From Mesotaenium endlicherianum (taxonomy: Eukaryota): a stretch of DNA of 52,296 nucleotides. Shown in pieces: positions 13,473 to 26,429 of this stretch. Every line of letters begins with the position of its first letter. The first letter of the stretch is position 1. The notes beneath the pieces were generated by a model that saw only the letters and a program-made list of their open reading frames with translations, was not told where the DNA came from and searched no databases. The stretch is from contig WELA01000395.1 of NCBI GenBank assembly GCA_009602735.1, positions 28,522-80,817 of the forward strand. Direction: 5' to 3'. A program made the position numbers and the translations under genes.

Positions 13473-16400
13473 TCATCCCCCTCCTCAAGATGCGACGTCC
13501 TCGGCGCATACTAAGCATAAGTGACGTAATATGAGGAATCGAGCTCACATATACGCTAGAAAAACACATATTCACATATATTATACAAGTTGCAGGTCTT
13601 GAACAGGCTCCAGGTTGATACTCATTACTCCAAACTTGCTCCACTTAGTGAAAGCTCCATCGCATACATTGTCTCCACACATGGCGTCTCCTTACACAAG
13701 TGCATCTTCTCTTCAACTCCTTCGTCTTGGAATAGGCCAATATCTTCATAAGGGCTGTGACATACTCCCTCCATCATCTCCACATACTCCAAAGCTGGAT
13801 CCAAGGCATAATAGTCCGCCAAATCGCCAAATTACTCATTTNTTACTCATTCTTCGCCCTCTTGGACAAGTGGCAGCTCCTCGTCGCGCCATGTGGCTTA
13901 CTCGTGGCACTTTTATAATTTGACCAGATTATATCATGAACCTAAGTCCACTATGTTCCTGAATCTTCTGGTACCCTTAGCTACCTCTAGCTCTTAGCCA
14001 TACTCCTTGTGAAGGTATTGCACTCTCTCACTTGTGTGCGTGACTCGTGGTGACCTCTCAAGACGCCAAGTGGCACCCCCCTGACTTTTTCTGACATTTA
14101 GCCTAAAAGTTGTGTAATCTACATAATATCTCCCCTCTGAACTCACTGGTATGCTTTGTTTCTCCTGATTCCAAGCCTAAGACCATGATACCAGATTGCG
14201 CCTTGCCTCACACATGTGGCTCGCACGGCAGTCCAGCAGACCGCCATGTGGCACTGTCAGGACTTAAATTAATATTTTTATAAAAAAAATTACTTTTTTT
14301 GAATCTCAACTCATAGGACTACCTCTCCACAAAATTTCAGAGTCTGAATCAAAGTCTAACACTCAAACGAGATCGTCATTTTGTGCCTCACGCTCGTAGG
14401 ACGCACACGCGCGCAACATGGATAAAGCTCCCGCGCCTACAAATGGCACATGCTTAAACCCCTGATTCTGAAATTTGACTATGACTCAAGGAAGGCCTCA
14501 TACTAGGCCTCTCACATCATGTAGGACTTCTAGTGAAAATATTAACCACTCTCTCCTAAGTAGGCAAAAAGTAGCCAAAATCTGCCAACTTTAAACCTCG
14601 CGCTCGCCTACCCGTGAAACCCTCAAACATAGACAGATTTGAGTATCTTCCAAGTTCTTGCTCTCAAACTTCTTTTTACTTCACATCTCTTAGTTACAAC
14701 TGAACTCATGGGACTGGTTTGACCTTGCTTACAAGCACAATAAACAACTATAACACTCCCCCCCCCTCATCATGATGGTAAGGCGCTTACCACTCNCATG
14801 ATGGTAAGGCGCTTACCACTCGTTTTACGCCTCTCTCTTGCTTGCTTGTATAGGCGCTGATTCTCCTAGCTTCATGTCCAAGTCTTTGTCATATATCTCC
14901 ATCTTAGGCAGGACATATCAGTCCCATAACACTTGGTCTCCTCCTCATAGGTCCATATCCATAAAGTCGTAGTCTCCATCAAGCGACGATAGTAATCTTC
15001 ACAAGGCATGAGCGCGTAGTCTCGCTCGTGGTGCACCAAACTCCATCATAGTCTTCTCCTTGGCTAGATGCTCACTCCCACATACCTCTGGCTCTTCTTG
15101 AAGGTCAGCCTTCACACAAGGCTCCAAGAAACACATCTGGAACGCCTCCATGAGCTCCATAACTTGGGCGTACGCACATAGTCTTAGTGCTTGCACCTCA
15201 TCTTGTGCTCGCACACACTTTGCCTTGCAAGCGGGCTTCTCTTGAGCTCACTTTCTAGGAGCTCCTCCACTTGAGCAGTTGGGGTCTGCTCTATATATGA
15301 GCAAGGGGATCATACACTTCTACTTGCTCCACCGGCGATGCGCGCTCGCCAAAGTTGTTAGGAGGCACGCTTGCTCCATGCAATGACCGGGCCAAGGCCA
15401 CCAAAACAAGCGCTTCTCCTTCACCTTCACCTTCCCGCGTCGCTTCTTTGCTAGCGGGCTGAAGATAGCTACTTGTGGTCATATCTACCTCCACCTATTT
15501 CACTATCCTCACTTGACCATACTCCTCCTCGGTCTTCACTTGACCCGTGCACTAAAGCACTAGAGGATAGGCTACTCTCTTTGTGCAACTCCTTCCACAT
15601 GCTTAGCTTCTTGAGTGCACTCTAGCCTTGGTCACCCCAATGACACTTCTTACTACTAAACCCAGCTTGCCTTGGTGCTCTACTTTCACATGAAGAGCTT
15701 CCATAGATGCACCAAAATCTGCCCCTTAACTATGCCATCACACAACTAATGGCACACACGCTTCAAGTGGGAGACATCTCTTGCACTAGCCCTCTTGCAC
15801 CAACTTCATACCTTGCTTCTTCTTCCACACCATAGGCTTGTCTTCATCATAGTTCTCAACTCCATATACTCCGTAGTACTCTCCTCCATAAGAAAAGAGA
15901 AATCTGAACTTGAAAGGCTCCATCTCCATCTCTCCTCTTTGAAGAAAAATCTGGAATACTTCTTCTTGCTCCAAGCCTTCTCCACGATGCTTCTCTTCAC
16001 TTGAGGCTTCTTCAATCTCCATACAAGGTACCAAGCTCCATCATGGCTGGCCTCAAATAACCAGTGGCTACATAGGAGTGATGCAAGGCAACCCAAATCT
16101 GGCCACATACTTGGCCAACTTGGTGCAACACCCCGGTGCACCCTCTCTTGAGCTCCTCATGAGCTCCTCTTGAGCTTGCGAGTGCTATGCTCGCCAAAGC
16201 TCCTAGACTTGCAAGTACACATGCTTGCTAAGTCCCTGGTTGCCTACCCTTAAAATCTGCTCCACCTTCATTGAAGATCTGAAATAAAGATGGGCACACA
16301 CTCCTTTCTAGCCACTATCACCTCTATGCTAAGCCCCCTCATCAAAGAAAGAGCTTAACACTAAAGAGCTTGCATCTTCAAGGAAAAATCCAGCCGTGTG

Positions 16401-16743
16401 AACTCCAGATTTTCTTCATGCTCATATGTCTCCATACTCAAGTAAAGGCTGCTCTATATTACTTATATCATTACCATGCTTGGGCAACCTTCTTGTACTA
16501 CAAAGAAGACGTACAAAAATTTGGTTGCATCCAAGTTAACACTACTTGGAGCACCTCCCACTTCCCATCTCCTCCCTCCTTCAAGAGAGTGAGATGCTAG
16601 CTTGCATCAACGTCTTCATGGCTGCCCTTAGCAACTTATAAATCATCCTTGCTTCTCCTCTCTACCCTCTCTACACTCCTACAAGCATCACCAACCAAAG
16701 CTCCCTCCTCCAAATGAAGCAACTAGGTAGCTCCGATACCATG

Positions 16744-17460
16744 TGAAAGGGGGAAGGGTGCGGGGAGTGCGCCCATACACACTCACGCACCCTCACCCGC
16801 GAGTGGAAGCGTGCACGAGGACCTTTCCTAGTTGCATACACAAGGTGGAGTGGCCTGGTGGTATGCCACCCTTGCAAGAGTTAGAGGGCTACATGAGAGA
16901 GGAGTGGAAAAGAACTCACTTTATTAAGAAAAGTCGTGTACAAGATACGAAGGTTAGACTAGAATAGAATAAGCCCCCTCTACTTCCTTGTGCTTCCCAT
17001 TTATCCTTTAACTCTAAGTTTCCTTTCTAGCAAAGTACCTCCAGAACCTTCTCCTATGGCTCCCTCCATGTAGGTGACCTTGCCTAGTTGGACAAGCTAG
17101 CACACTCACACGCACACAATCACACCCTAGAATATTCTACTACACAATCCACTAACTCCTCACGGACTTTCTAGAAATTCCACGATCGCTTTGGCACTTT
17201 ACGTAATTGTACGTGCTTTTTGGAACCCTCATGTTTCAATGTCCTACTTCCTGGACTCCAACCGAAATTTTCGTCACTGGACCTGTCCTTGTCACTAAAT
17301 AGAACCTGTGACATTAAAAACTCACTAAAAACTTCCAAAATTCATAATTATCTCAATATTTGTCCAAATGACTTGAAATAAAGGCCAAAGTTCTTCTAAA
17401 ATCACACTCTAAGCATATAAAATACTAGAAATAAACAAACTACACTTTCATAACCTTACA
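16744..17460 (-). repeat. Element B 5' LTR (717 bp)
   Basis: Direct repeat of 12761-13472; adjacent to PBS GCTCCGATACCA (+). Confidence 0.92.
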
Positions 17461-17465
17461 GTGAC

Positions 17466-18355
17466 CTTGCAGCTGTCTCGGTCATCAAGGAGAGTATGGA
17501 CTTCAAGGAGAAGCTTCAAAGAGGTTATGAGGAGGACCCAGAGTTTGCTGATGGTGGAGCAGCTGATTCAACGCGAGTATGCAAAAGAAGGACGGCATAT
17601 ATGGTACTTGACATCAAGGAGCTACGAAACTTATTACTTGCGGAGCATCATGACTGCTTATATGCTGGACACTTTGGAAGCGAGAAGACGGCAAGCGTGC
17701 TGAAGCGGGGAATACTACTGGAGAAATATGGACAAGGACATCGAGGAGTGGATCAGGAGTTGCGATGCGTGCCAGAGAAACAAGACACCAAATCAAAAGA
17801 AGGAAGGTACATTCCAGCCCCTGCCTATTCCAGAGTATCCTTGGGAGCAAATTGCTATGGACTTCATCACATCGTTACCAGTCAGTGGTTAAGGGCACGA
17901 TGCAGTATGGGTTGTATCTGAGAGACTCAGCAAGATGGCTCTCTTCATCCCATGAAGGAGACTTGTACGGCAGCAGAGGTGGCACGGCTATTCTTTGATC
18001 ATATTTCAGGCTACATGGGTTGCCAAAGGTGATTGTTTCAGATCGGGATCCAAGGTTTACAAGCAACTTTTGGCGGTCATTGTTTACTTTGATGGGGACC
18101 AAGCTGAGTATGAGCACTTCCTATCACCCTCAGACAGACGGGCAGAGTGAGAGGCTCAACAGAACTCTGCAAGAGGTGCTCAGGAGTTACACTATGGAAG
18201 ACCCTTCAAAGTGGGACAAGAAGCTACCAGGGTTGGAGTTTGCCAACAACAACAGCATGCAGGGATCCACCAAGCAGTCACCATTCGCTATAATTTATGG
18301 GCGAGAAGTATATCATCCAGAAAACATCTTGTTGGAGAAGGCCAAGGAGACTCAA
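17466..18355 (+). pseudogene. pol: Element A pol part 2: integrase zinc finger and core (frameshifted)
   Basis: EHHD..AGHFG, CDAC, IVSDRDPRFTSNFW, STSYHPQTDGQSERLN. Cut by insertion C1. Confidence 0.9.
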
Positions 18356-19074
18356 TGAAATGAATCGACTTACCAAATAGGCGATTAACAATTAATAAAG
18401 ATCTTTATATCAGCAACTAATCTTATGGTATTTCCGTTAACTAGTTAAACGGCAAAGGACAATACACTAGCAGGGAATAATACTCGTAAGTCAAATGCGA
18501 GTAAACTAGCATCAATGATGCAAATCAGTAAACTCATACATAAGCAAGGTTAGAAGACAGTGCGTATCAATGGCTTCTCGCCTTGGATTCAGAGTTCTCT
18601 CAGTAAGCTGTACAAGAGAGTTGGCCTCGTTTCCGAATGCCGAACTCGAGAGCAATGCCTAGCGTATGTACATGGAATGAGTTTACTGTTCAACGGTCAG
18701 TGCGATGGCACCGCCTACCCGGGAGTTAACCACGTTGGTAGGACCTCGGTTAACCAAATCCACCGCCATCTCCCATCATCCCGAATAGCCATCCATCATA
18801 GGGATGTCATCTGGCTATTCATCTAGCATATCGCACTTAGATGCATATCAAGGCAGTTCGCTGCTACCGAGTACGGAAGTCAGCTTGCTGTCAAAGAATG
18901 TGTCAGCAAGCTGACTTATATGGACTTTCAGCCTGCTGCTTTCGACTGAGTCATCAAACTGATAATTATGTAAAGTCCAGCAGACTGACTATTAACTAAA
19001 GTTCAGCAGGCTGAACTTAATTAACTATTATATTTAAATGAATATTATATCCACTAATATACTGATTCATTACA
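18356..19074 (-). repeat. C1 3' LTR (719 bp)
   Basis: TGAAATG...ATTACA on +; adjacent to PPT complement ATCCCTCCAACT. Confidence 0.95.
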
Positions 19075-19187
19075 ATCCCTCCAACTTAACTTGTTGTCGC
19101 CTCGACAACATTAAACTGCAGAAATTTTAAATAAGGGAACTGAACCTGACCAGCCTCCCTTACTGACTGCCTCTTCAGCGTGTCACC

Positions 19188-20864
19188 TTAAGGGGTTGTT
19201 CCTGGGGCTTCAGGGTCAGGAGACGGAGATCTGGACCTAGATCTGGACAGCCCTCTAGGTCTGTCAGCTGGCCTTCTAAAGAACCCTGTTTGCTCTAAAG
19301 TTGGCCCTCGAGGAGAACGGAGGATGGTGGCCTGCTCTTCAACCACTTGGGTGTTGATTCCCACATAGACAGGCATTCCAGTAGGATGCTGAAATACATT
19401 GGCTAGAGGTACATGCCCCTGAGCGGAGGGGGAGGCTGGCATACCTCTGGCCCACCCGCGTGTCCCTCTTCTGGCACCCCTGTCCTCTGGGGATTTCTGT
19501 CTGTGTCTGCTGCCCAGTACAGTCAGATCAGCTTCTTCCCCTGCTTGGGCAGGTGGGCTGGGGGAGCGAGCGCGGGGTCCAGTTGTCGCCATAACGGGGA
19601 TCACATTCCAAACACCTGATCGTGGTTCTTTAGGAAGCGCCCCTGCCTGTCCCTGGGTATCCTGAGTACCTGCTGCTGATGCTTCTCCTCTGCCTTGTTC
19701 TTCTTCCTCATCCTCCTCATCCTCCTCCTCGGAGAGAGTAGGGGTCTCGTCCACTAAGTCGTCCTGCTCCCTAGTAGACATGGAGTAGTCTACCGACCTC
19801 CCTTTCTTAGGGCGCGCTGGAGGTTGCTTGGCCTTCAGCCTACTGATATCTATCCGGCCTGCATTCTTTGCCCATTTGACAAAGGCATGCTTTCCCTTAG
19901 AGAAGTACTCTCTTCCCCTCCTCCTATGTTCCTTGGTCTCTGCATTCATATTGCTCAGGCATCCATTCAGCCTGGGGTCCCAAGGGGCAATGTGAGGTGG
20001 TAGGATGAGATAGCCGTCTAGGCCATAGTGGAAGTCATCCGGTTGGGCTCGGTCACACTCCTGCTTCTTATTTGTGACGGTCATCCACCTCCAGTCTGTT
20101 GGCTGCTGGTAGTACTGGGGTCCGTGCTCAGCCTTCCTCAGTTTACACGGGAACCAGTGGGGAGAGAACATCTGCTGTCCTGCTTCCCTGGCCAAGTACT
20201 CCCAGCTCCTTCTCTCAACTTCATTGTAAGCTGGCAGGAGTGTGAGGTAGAATACCGTATCCTTAAAGCTATCGGGCCGCATGCTCACCATCCGGATGAG
20301 TCTCTGATCTCCCACTATTCCCGGTATGGGGACCGGCTTGTCCTCTGAATCATCTGCGAGATACCGGGCCTGCTCTGCTGTATAGCCCACCATCTTAGCA
20401 TAATCTTCGTAAAGGACCACGCCGGTGTGTGTCTCGATGTACCTGTCCAGTGCTGTAGCTCCTTCCTTCTGTAGCAGTGTTGTCTGTTCCAGCCTGTTGA
20501 TCTCCTGGGCTGCCAGCAATGCTTCCTTCAGGTTATCGAAGTTTTGGCCACCCACCACAGTATACCTGTAAGTGGCCAAGCTCTTCTGTCTGTCCGCTTC
20601 AATCTTTTTTCTTTTCTCCTCTTCTGCCGCTGCCGCTTCTTCTTGCTGTTTCTTCTGTCTCTCCTCCTCAGCCTTCCTGAGGTTTTCCGCTTCCTGATCC
20701 TTCTTCCTCTGTGCCTCTTCTGCCGCCTCTTGTTGTTTGCGGACCCTTTCTTGTTCTCTCCTGGTGAGGGACGTCGCCGCCAGCTCCTTCTGGTATTGCT
20801 CCATTGTCCTCCTGGCTTCTTCTGCCTTGCGCTTTCTGTCCTCCTTTTGTGTGGTGGGCGCCAT
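19188..20864 (-). CDS. C1 ORF3, unknown protein of about 558 aa (start uncertain; frame open to 20888)
   Basis: Long uninterrupted ORF between pol and the 3' LTR, same sense as gag/pol, intact in all three copies. Confidence 0.85.
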   Translation of the reverse strand: MAPTTQKEDRKRKAEEARRTMEQYQKELAATSLTRREQERVRKQQEAAEEAQRKKDQEAENLRKAEEERQKKQQEEAAAAEEEKRKKIEADRQKSLATYRYTVVGGQNFDNLKEALLAAQEINRLEQTTLLQKEGATALDRYIETHTGVVLYEDYAKMVGYTAEQARYLADDSEDKPVPIPGIVGDQRLIRMVSMRPDSFKDTVFYLTLLPAYNEVERRSWEYLAREAGQQMFSPHWFPCKLRKAEHGPQYYQQPTDWRWMTVTNKKQECDRAQPDDFHYGLDGYLILPPHIAPWDPRLNGCLSNMNAETKEHRRRGREYFSKGKHAFVKWAKNAGRIDISRLKAKQPPARPKKGRSVDYSMSTREQDDLVDETPTLSEEEDEEDEEEEQGRGEASAAGTQDTQGQAGALPKEPRSGVWNVIPVMATTGPRARSPSPPAQAGEEADLTVLGSRHRQKSPEDRGARRGTRGWARGMPASPSAQGHVPLANVFQHPTGMPVYVGINTQVVEEQATILRSPRGPTLEQTGFFRRPADRPRGLSRSRSRSPSPDPEAPGTTP

Positions 20865-21131
20865 CCTGCACATGTAACCAGGGCACAAGTTAGTAGGATA
20901 TGGACCTTTGTCATAGGGATTGCAGGAAGTATGTTAGTATTTAGTATAGTGGCTTCGCTGCTGTTTACCTTACAGGATGATTGCTAAAAGTTGACGTAGT
21001 TGCGATGCGCTACACATAAACGTATGAGTGTGTTTTTATCGCTCTCGCTCACTAACTGTCATATATTTTCCCCTCCAACTTAAATGGAGACAGGACCGCC
21101 TGTCACCTTCCCGTGTCAACTGAAATGACAG

Positions 21132-24100
21132 TTATGGAGGGACTCCAGCGGCCCGAAGGTGGAACCGTGTCAACGCCCCTTTGGCATTGGTCAAGTGGTC
21201 CTTAAACTCCCAAGTGTCCCCAGAGGCATCGTAACCCTTCCATCGAATGAGGTATTTCATGACATATTTAGACGATCGACGGACCGAGCGAGCGTCTAAA
21301 ATCTCATCGACCTCATATTCCTCAGGGTCGCCGTCCCGGACAGCGGGGACCGGTCCCGGTTGGACAGGGAACCGACCTGTGAACAGTGTATCACCTTTGA
21401 TGTACGGTTCCAGGAAGGAGACATTAAAGACCGGGTGCCCCTTGTATTCAGCTGACATGTTCAGTTTGTAAGCATTCTGACCGACACGACGGACCACCGA
21501 ATATGGACCGACCCAGACAGGGCCAAGCTTTTTCTTGACCACACCAGGGAGGTACAGGTGCTGAGAATGCAGTTTGACTAAATCCCCCTTGGAAAATGTC
21601 AGTTCCCGACGGTGTTGATTAGCGTATTTTTGTTGGTTTTCTTGGGCCGTGTGCAAGTTTCGTTGGACTTCTGACAGGGTGTCAGCAAACTCCTGAGTTA
21701 ACTGGAGGGAGACCGGGTTGTCAATCCCTTCAGGGTGAGTTAAAGATTCCCCTAGCACATCTAGAGGAGACTTAGGGACTCTACCCAGGCTGAGTTCAAA
21801 AGGAGTTTTGCCCGTTGACGCGTGCACCGCACTGTTGACCGCAAACTGAATTTGAGGCAACAGGTCATCCCAATTATCTTGTTTTTGGTTAATATATGCT
21901 CTCAGCACCTCCTGCAGAACTCGGTTAGTTCTTTCAGTCTGCCCATCAGTCTGAGGGTGGTTTGCTGTGCTGAGCAGCTGTTTGACTCCCATTAACCCCA
22001 TTAAAGCTCTCCAGAACTTAGAGGTGAATTTTGAGTCTCTGTCTGAGATGATATTAGAAGGGAGCCCATGTTGGCATACTACATGGTTGTAAAACTGTCT
22101 CGCTGTTTCGAGTGCAGTCACTTTGACAGTTGTGGGGATAAAAATGACCATTTTTGTCAGTTTATCCACGACTACCAGTATTGAATCATGCCCGTTGGCA
22201 GTTCTTGGTAGTGAGACCACCCAGTCCATGGATATAGTTTCCCAGCGTCCCGCTGGGATGGGTAGCGGTTGCAAGAGACCTCCGGGTGGTGTGTGCCGAG
22301 ACTTATTTCTCTGACACTGGTCACAGGACTTGACATATTTCAAGACCTCCCGGGGTAACCCCTCCCAATGATAATGTTTTGCCAGTTTGCCAACAGTTTT
22401 GGCCTGCCCCAAATGTCCACCCAGGAGACTGTCATGAGCTTGACTCAGTAAGAGAGACCTTATTTCCAAATTATTAGGAATGACCAGCTTCAGCCTGCCT
22501 GAAGTGGTTTCAGTCACCCAGACCCCTCCCTTGAGCTTATACCCGAGTGCAGTAGCACGACACACACCAGTAGTGGGGCTGGGCTCAAATGTTGGGTCAG
22601 AAAGGTAGGCTTTCCTAAGTTGTTCAAGGAAGGACTTTTTCACCTTTAGTGAAGTGAGTGCACACAGGACTTTATCTACAGCATGCTGACTAAAGTTCCT
22701 TTCTTGCAAGTCAGGTCTTCTAGAGAGTGCATCAGCAGGATTCAACTTCCCTGGTTTGTAGTCGATCTGGACTTGGAACTGCTCCAGCATCTGGCTCCAG
22801 CGGTTCTCCCTCCTCGACAGCTTGGACTTCTTCTGAAAGTGGGTCAGAGCTAGATGATCTGTAATCACCTTAAAAGCTTTACCATGTAAGTATGCTCTCC
22901 ACTGTTTGAGTACATGAATGATAGCTAGCAGCTCTTTATCATGCACTGAGTAATTAATCTCCGCTGGATTAAATTTCATAGACTCATACAACACAGGATG
23001 CCACTCCTGCCGTACCTTACCATCCTTTGTGGTTTTGTCAGCAGGCTGCAACAAAATAGCACCCATGGCAAAATCAGAGGCATCAGTAACCACCTGCACC
23101 GGTTTGCTGGGGTCATACACGGCTAGCACTGGGGCAGAACAAAGGGCATCTTTAAGGGTCTGGAAGGCAGCCTGCTGCTCTTCCCCCCACACATACCCGA
23201 TGTCTTTCTTAGTAAGGTCAGTCAGTTTACTGGCCTTTGTGGAATAATTCTCAATAAATCTCCTATAGTAGTTAGCCAACCCGAGGAAGGATCTAACTTC
23301 AGAGACAGACTGTGGTACTGGCCAGTCCCTTATGGTCTGGACTTTCTTAGGATCCACACTGATGCCCTCTTTACTGACAACGTGGCCTAAGAATTCAATA
23401 CTTTCCTTAAAGAAATCACACTTGCTCATTTTAGCATACAAGTGATTTTTCCGCAGAGTGTCCAGCACTTTCTTTAAGTGTTCAGTGTGCTGAGCTTCAT
23501 CTTTAGAGAAAATTAAAATATCATCCAGGAAAACTTGCACAAACTTATCCAAATAAGGTCTGAAAATGTCATTCATAGCACCCATAAAGGTAGCAGGAGC
23601 ATTAGTCAGTCCAAATGGCATCACGTTGAACTCATAGTGTCCATAACGTGTGCGGAAAGCAGTCTTGTGTTCATCCCCCTCAGCAATTCTGATTTGATGA
23701 TAACCACTCTTGAGATCTATCTTACTGAACACCTTAGCGCCAGACAGGGTATCAAGCAAGTCCTCGATTCTGGGTAAAGCATACTTGTTCTTTACTGTAA
23801 TTCTGTTCAGGGCTCTGTAATCCACACACATCCGCATACTGCCATCCTTTTTCTTAACAAATAGGATAGGTGCGCCGTACGGTGATTTACTGGGAGAAAT
23901 GTAACCATTTTCCTCCAGCTCTGCAATCTGTGTTTTCAACTCCTCGCTCTCCAAATAAGACAAGCCATAAGTGCGTTGCCAGGGTGGCTGGCTACCAGGT
24001 AATAGATCAATCCTATGATCTACTTCCCTTTTAGGGGGTAGTCCTGGAGGCATGTTAAACACATCAGTGTACTGAGCAACAATTTTTGCAGCAGTAGGGT

Positions 24101-24848
24101 GCTCCGGAGGGCTTACCTTTTTCTCAACCACTTCTTCAGGTTGAGGAGGTACCTCTCTTAGCAGCAGACAGAACATTCTGTCTTCCTTCTGGTTCCAGCT
24201 TTTGACGAACTCCATTGCATTCAGCAACTTGCATCCTTCTGGAAGCCTCTTCTTTTCCTTCATTTGCCATCCACACAGGACAAGAGGAAGAGCACTGGTG
24301 GGTGCCAAGTCAGTCTGCCCATCACTGGCTCCTCTCACTTTAACTGTACCTCTGCTCCAACACACTTCAGCTTGATGTCTATTAAGCCAGGACCTGCCTA
24401 GCACGAGATCATAAAAGCCAGTGTTGAGTACCTCAAATGTAAGCGTTTCAGTTAGAACTGCAATGCCAGAACCTAACTGGACCTCAATAGGCTTGGTTAT
24501 AACTCCTCCCGGGATACTTGAGGCATCTCCAAGGAATATTTTTCTATTCCCTTGGGTGACAGTAGGCAGCCTTAGCCGCTTAACTAAGTCCTTGTGAATA
24601 AAAGTATGTGACGCCCCTCCGTCAACAAATGCCCTCACCTTCCTACCTGCAATCATGCAATGCAGTAGGATAGGGGGGACTGTCTTTTCCTGACTTTCGC
24701 ATTGTTCTCCTGACGTAGCAAAGAAATGTTGGACATCAGGTGGAACAAGAGCATCCAGAGTGTGCACTCTCTGGACGTCTATATTACTGATGGTCTCCTT
24801 TATCTGTTTGTCAGGCATGCATAGTGAATCCAGTTCAGCAGGACCCAT
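21132..24848 (-). CDS. pol: C1 Pol: protease, RT, RNase H, integrase, chromodomain (probably made as a Gag-Pol fusion)
   Basis: [79 protein letters not shown]. Confidence 0.97.
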   Translation of the reverse strand: MGPAELDSLCMPDKQIKETISNIDVQRVHTLDALVPPDVQHFFATSGEQCESQEKTVPPILLHCMIAGRKVRAFVDGGASHTFIHKDLVKRLRLPTVTQGNRKIFLGDASSIPGGVITKPIEVQLGSGIAVLTETLTFEVLNTGFYDLVLGRSWLNRHQAEVCWSRGTVKVRGASDGQTDLAPTSALPLVLCGWQMKEKKRLPEGCKLLNAMEFVKSWNQKEDRMFCLLLREVPPQPEEVVEKKVSPPEHPTAAKIVAQYTDVFNMPPGLPPKREVDHRIDLLPGSQPPWQRTYGLSYLESEELKTQIAELEENGYISPSKSPYGAPILFVKKKDGSMRMCVDYRALNRITVKNKYALPRIEDLLDTLSGAKVFSKIDLKSGYHQIRIAEGDEHKTAFRTRYGHYEFNVMPFGLTNAPATFMGAMNDIFRPYLDKFVQVFLDDILIFSKDEAQHTEHLKKVLDTLRKNHLYAKMSKCDFFKESIEFLGHVVSKEGISVDPKKVQTIRDWPVPQSVSEVRSFLGLANYYRRFIENYSTKASKLTDLTKKDIGYVWGEEQQAAFQTLKDALCSAPVLAVYDPSKPVQVVTDASDFAMGAILLQPADKTTKDGKVRQEWHPVLYESMKFNPAEINYSVHDKELLAIIHVLKQWRAYLHGKAFKVITDHLALTHFQKKSKLSRRENRWSQMLEQFQVQIDYKPGKLNPADALSRRPDLQERNFSQHAVDKVLCALTSLKVKKSFLEQLRKAYLSDPTFEPSPTTGVCRATALGYKLKGGVWVTETTSGRLKLVIPNNLEIRSLLLSQAHDSLLGGHLGQAKTVGKLAKHYHWEGLPREVLKYVKSCDQCQRNKSRHTPPGGLLQPLPIPAGRWETISMDWVVSLPRTANGHDSILVVVDKLTKMVIFIPTTVKVTALETARQFYNHVVCQHGLPSNIISDRDSKFTSKFWRALMGLMGVKQLLSTANHPQTDGQTERTNRVLQEVLRAYINQKQDNWDDLLPQIQFAVNSAVHASTGKTPFELSLGRVPKSPLDVLGESLTHPEGIDNPVSLQLTQEFADTLSEVQRNLHTAQENQQKYANQHRRELTFSKGDLVKLHSQHLYLPGVVKKKLGPVWVGPYSVVRRVGQNAYKLNMSAEYKGHPVFNVSFLEPYIKGDTLFTGRFPVQPGPVPAVRDGDPEEYEVDEILDARSVRRSSKYVMKYLIRWKGYDASGDTWEFKDHLTNAKGALTRFHLRAAGVPP

Positions 24849-24916
24849 AATACCTGCTACGAGGGCAGCTAGTGACGACTCACTATCTCTAGCATCCTCA
24901 CAGTCAGTAGACTGGA

Positions 24917-26395
24917 TTACTGACTGTTGCTGTCTTTTAAAGGCTGGTCTTTTCTCTCGACCTTAGGCAGGTGCTTGACCGGACACTGTTCTCTGTAGTG
25001 GCCTTTCTGCTGACAATGGTAGCAAGTAGATTTTGCTGAGGCTGGTCTCGGCTTAGTCCTACCACCACCCCTTCCATAGCCACCTCGAGAGGGACCACCT
25101 CTACCTCTAGACTGAATAGCATTGTACTCATACTCATATTCATCACCCTGATTATCCTCAGCCTGGTCTCCTTCAACTGCATTGTAGGAACCGTGGGGCT
25201 TTTTGACAATCTTAGACACCAAAGCGTTACTCTGGCGCTTGTGATTGAACTGCTGCTGATCCCAGGCGTCAGCATCCTGGATCAAGTCAGCCAGTTTCTC
25301 ATACTTTTTCTCAGCAAAATGACCAGAGACCTCGGATTTCAAGCCATACCTGAAGTATGCTATCCTATACCGTTCTGGCAAATCAGGCTGCTTCATCATG
25401 TTCTCTTGGAACTTTTGAGCAAACTCAGCAACTGAAGTGGTCTGCTTCAGTGTCAGGGAGATCATCGCATAGATAGCTTTCTCCTGCTGGTTGATGACAT
25501 CAAACTTCTCATGCAACTTCTCGACAAACTCTACCCACGTAGGGTCACCGAGTTGCCGAGCCTTACGCTCTTCCTTCCAGTAAAGCCACCAGTCTGCGGC
25601 ACTGCCTTTCAGTAGCGCACCGGTGTGCCTGACCTTCTCGTAATCTTGCAGTTCTGGGTAGTTCTCCAGCCACTGCTCAACATCCGCGAGAAACTTGATC
25701 AGGTAATATTTTCTGTTTCCCTCAGGATCATAGTCCTGGGGAGGTTTCGGCTTGGGCTTACTAGGCCCTCGGCCACCACCACTAGTGGTGTGAGACCCCA
25801 GTTGGTCTCTGTCCCGGAGTAGGGACATTATGATTCTTTTGTCCTCCTGCTGGGACTGATACATGGTCGCCATTTGCGACTGCATCTGAACGAACAATGC
25901 TCCCAAGTCTACATTTTGGGGTGGTAGATTAGCAAATGCAGCAGCAGCATTGGCATCTACTCGCTGAGTAGTGTCCTCAACAATCCCTCTTGCTCCTGCA
26001 GCAGCAATTCCTGCCGCATTCAGCCGGTCACGTATTTGACCTAGGGGTACATTGAGTTGTACGGCAGGAGGTGGGTTCAGAACATTGGCCCTTGATGCCA
26101 TAAGTTCTTCAACAGTGCGCTCGTCAGCTGGCTGTCCTTCCCTCCTTTGTATATCTTCAGCGGCCTTTGCTACTTGTTCAGCTTCTAGTCTGGCTATCTC
26201 CTCCTCAGCTTGCTGAGCTGCGACTGAGGCAATAGCAGCTGCCTCATCTGCAGCCTCCCTAGCTGCAGTATCCGCTACTGCTTCCGAATAGGTACGGTTT
26301 CCCGCTACATGGCTTTCCGCCTGGTTTTCGACATTCTCGTTATCCTGGTTCTCCATGTCTCGGGAGTTGCTAGTTTGAGACCTTGTCCTTACCAT
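24917..26395 (-). CDS. gag: C1 Gag, 492 aa
   Basis: ATG about 20 nt after the [18 protein letters not shown] gag core; RGG-rich stretch; CCHC knuckle [14 protein letters not shown]. Confidence 0.95.
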   Translation of the reverse strand: MVRTRSQTSNSRDMENQDNENVENQAESHVAGNRTYSEAVADTAAREAADEAAAIASVAAQQAEEEIARLEAEQVAKAAEDIQRREGQPADERTVEELMASRANVLNPPPAVQLNVPLGQIRDRLNAAGIAAAGARGIVEDTTQRVDANAAAAFANLPPQNVDLGALFVQMQSQMATMYQSQQEDKRIIMSLLRDRDQLGSHTTSGGGRGPSKPKPKPPQDYDPEGNRKYYLIKFLADVEQWLENYPELQDYEKVRHTGALLKGSAADWWLYWKEERKARQLGDPTWVEFVEKLHEKFDVINQQEKAIYAMISLTLKQTTSVAEFAQKFQENMMKQPDLPERYRIAYFRYGLKSEVSGHFAEKKYEKLADLIQDADAWDQQQFNHKRQSNALVSKIVKKPHGSYNAVEGDQAEDNQGDEYEYEYNAIQSRGRGGPSRGGYGRGGGRTKPRPASAKSTCYHCQQKGHYREQCPVKHLPKVERKDQPLKDSNSQ

Positions 26396-26429
26396 ACAAA
26401 GAAGACTGTGATAACTGCTCCGATACCAC

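Larger units (their letters stand above)
12761..17460 (-). mobile_element. Non-autonomous LTR element 'B' (4.7 kb), related to family A
   Basis: TSD GTGAC (12756-12760, 17461-17465); LTRs 12761-13472 and 16744-17460; PBS 16730-16741; PPT next to 13473. The interior has only decayed protease-region remnants. Confidence 0.92.

Noticed and set aside
14771..14821. 25-bp tandem duplication with internal hairpin in B (similar case near 13842)
   Set aside because: Same duplicate-around-N pattern; probably an assembly artefact, and not a CRISPR-like repeat.
18560..18826. 88-aa ORF repeated six times (MRINGFSPW...)
   Set aside because: It lies antisense inside the C LTRs and starts at GTG; its recurrence simply reflects LTR identity.
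20544..20987. Hydrophobic 147-aa antisense ORF that might look like a membrane/env protein
   Set aside because: It is the reverse complement of the GAA/GAG-rich coiled-coil part of ORF3, which by itself yields Phe/Leu/Ser runs.
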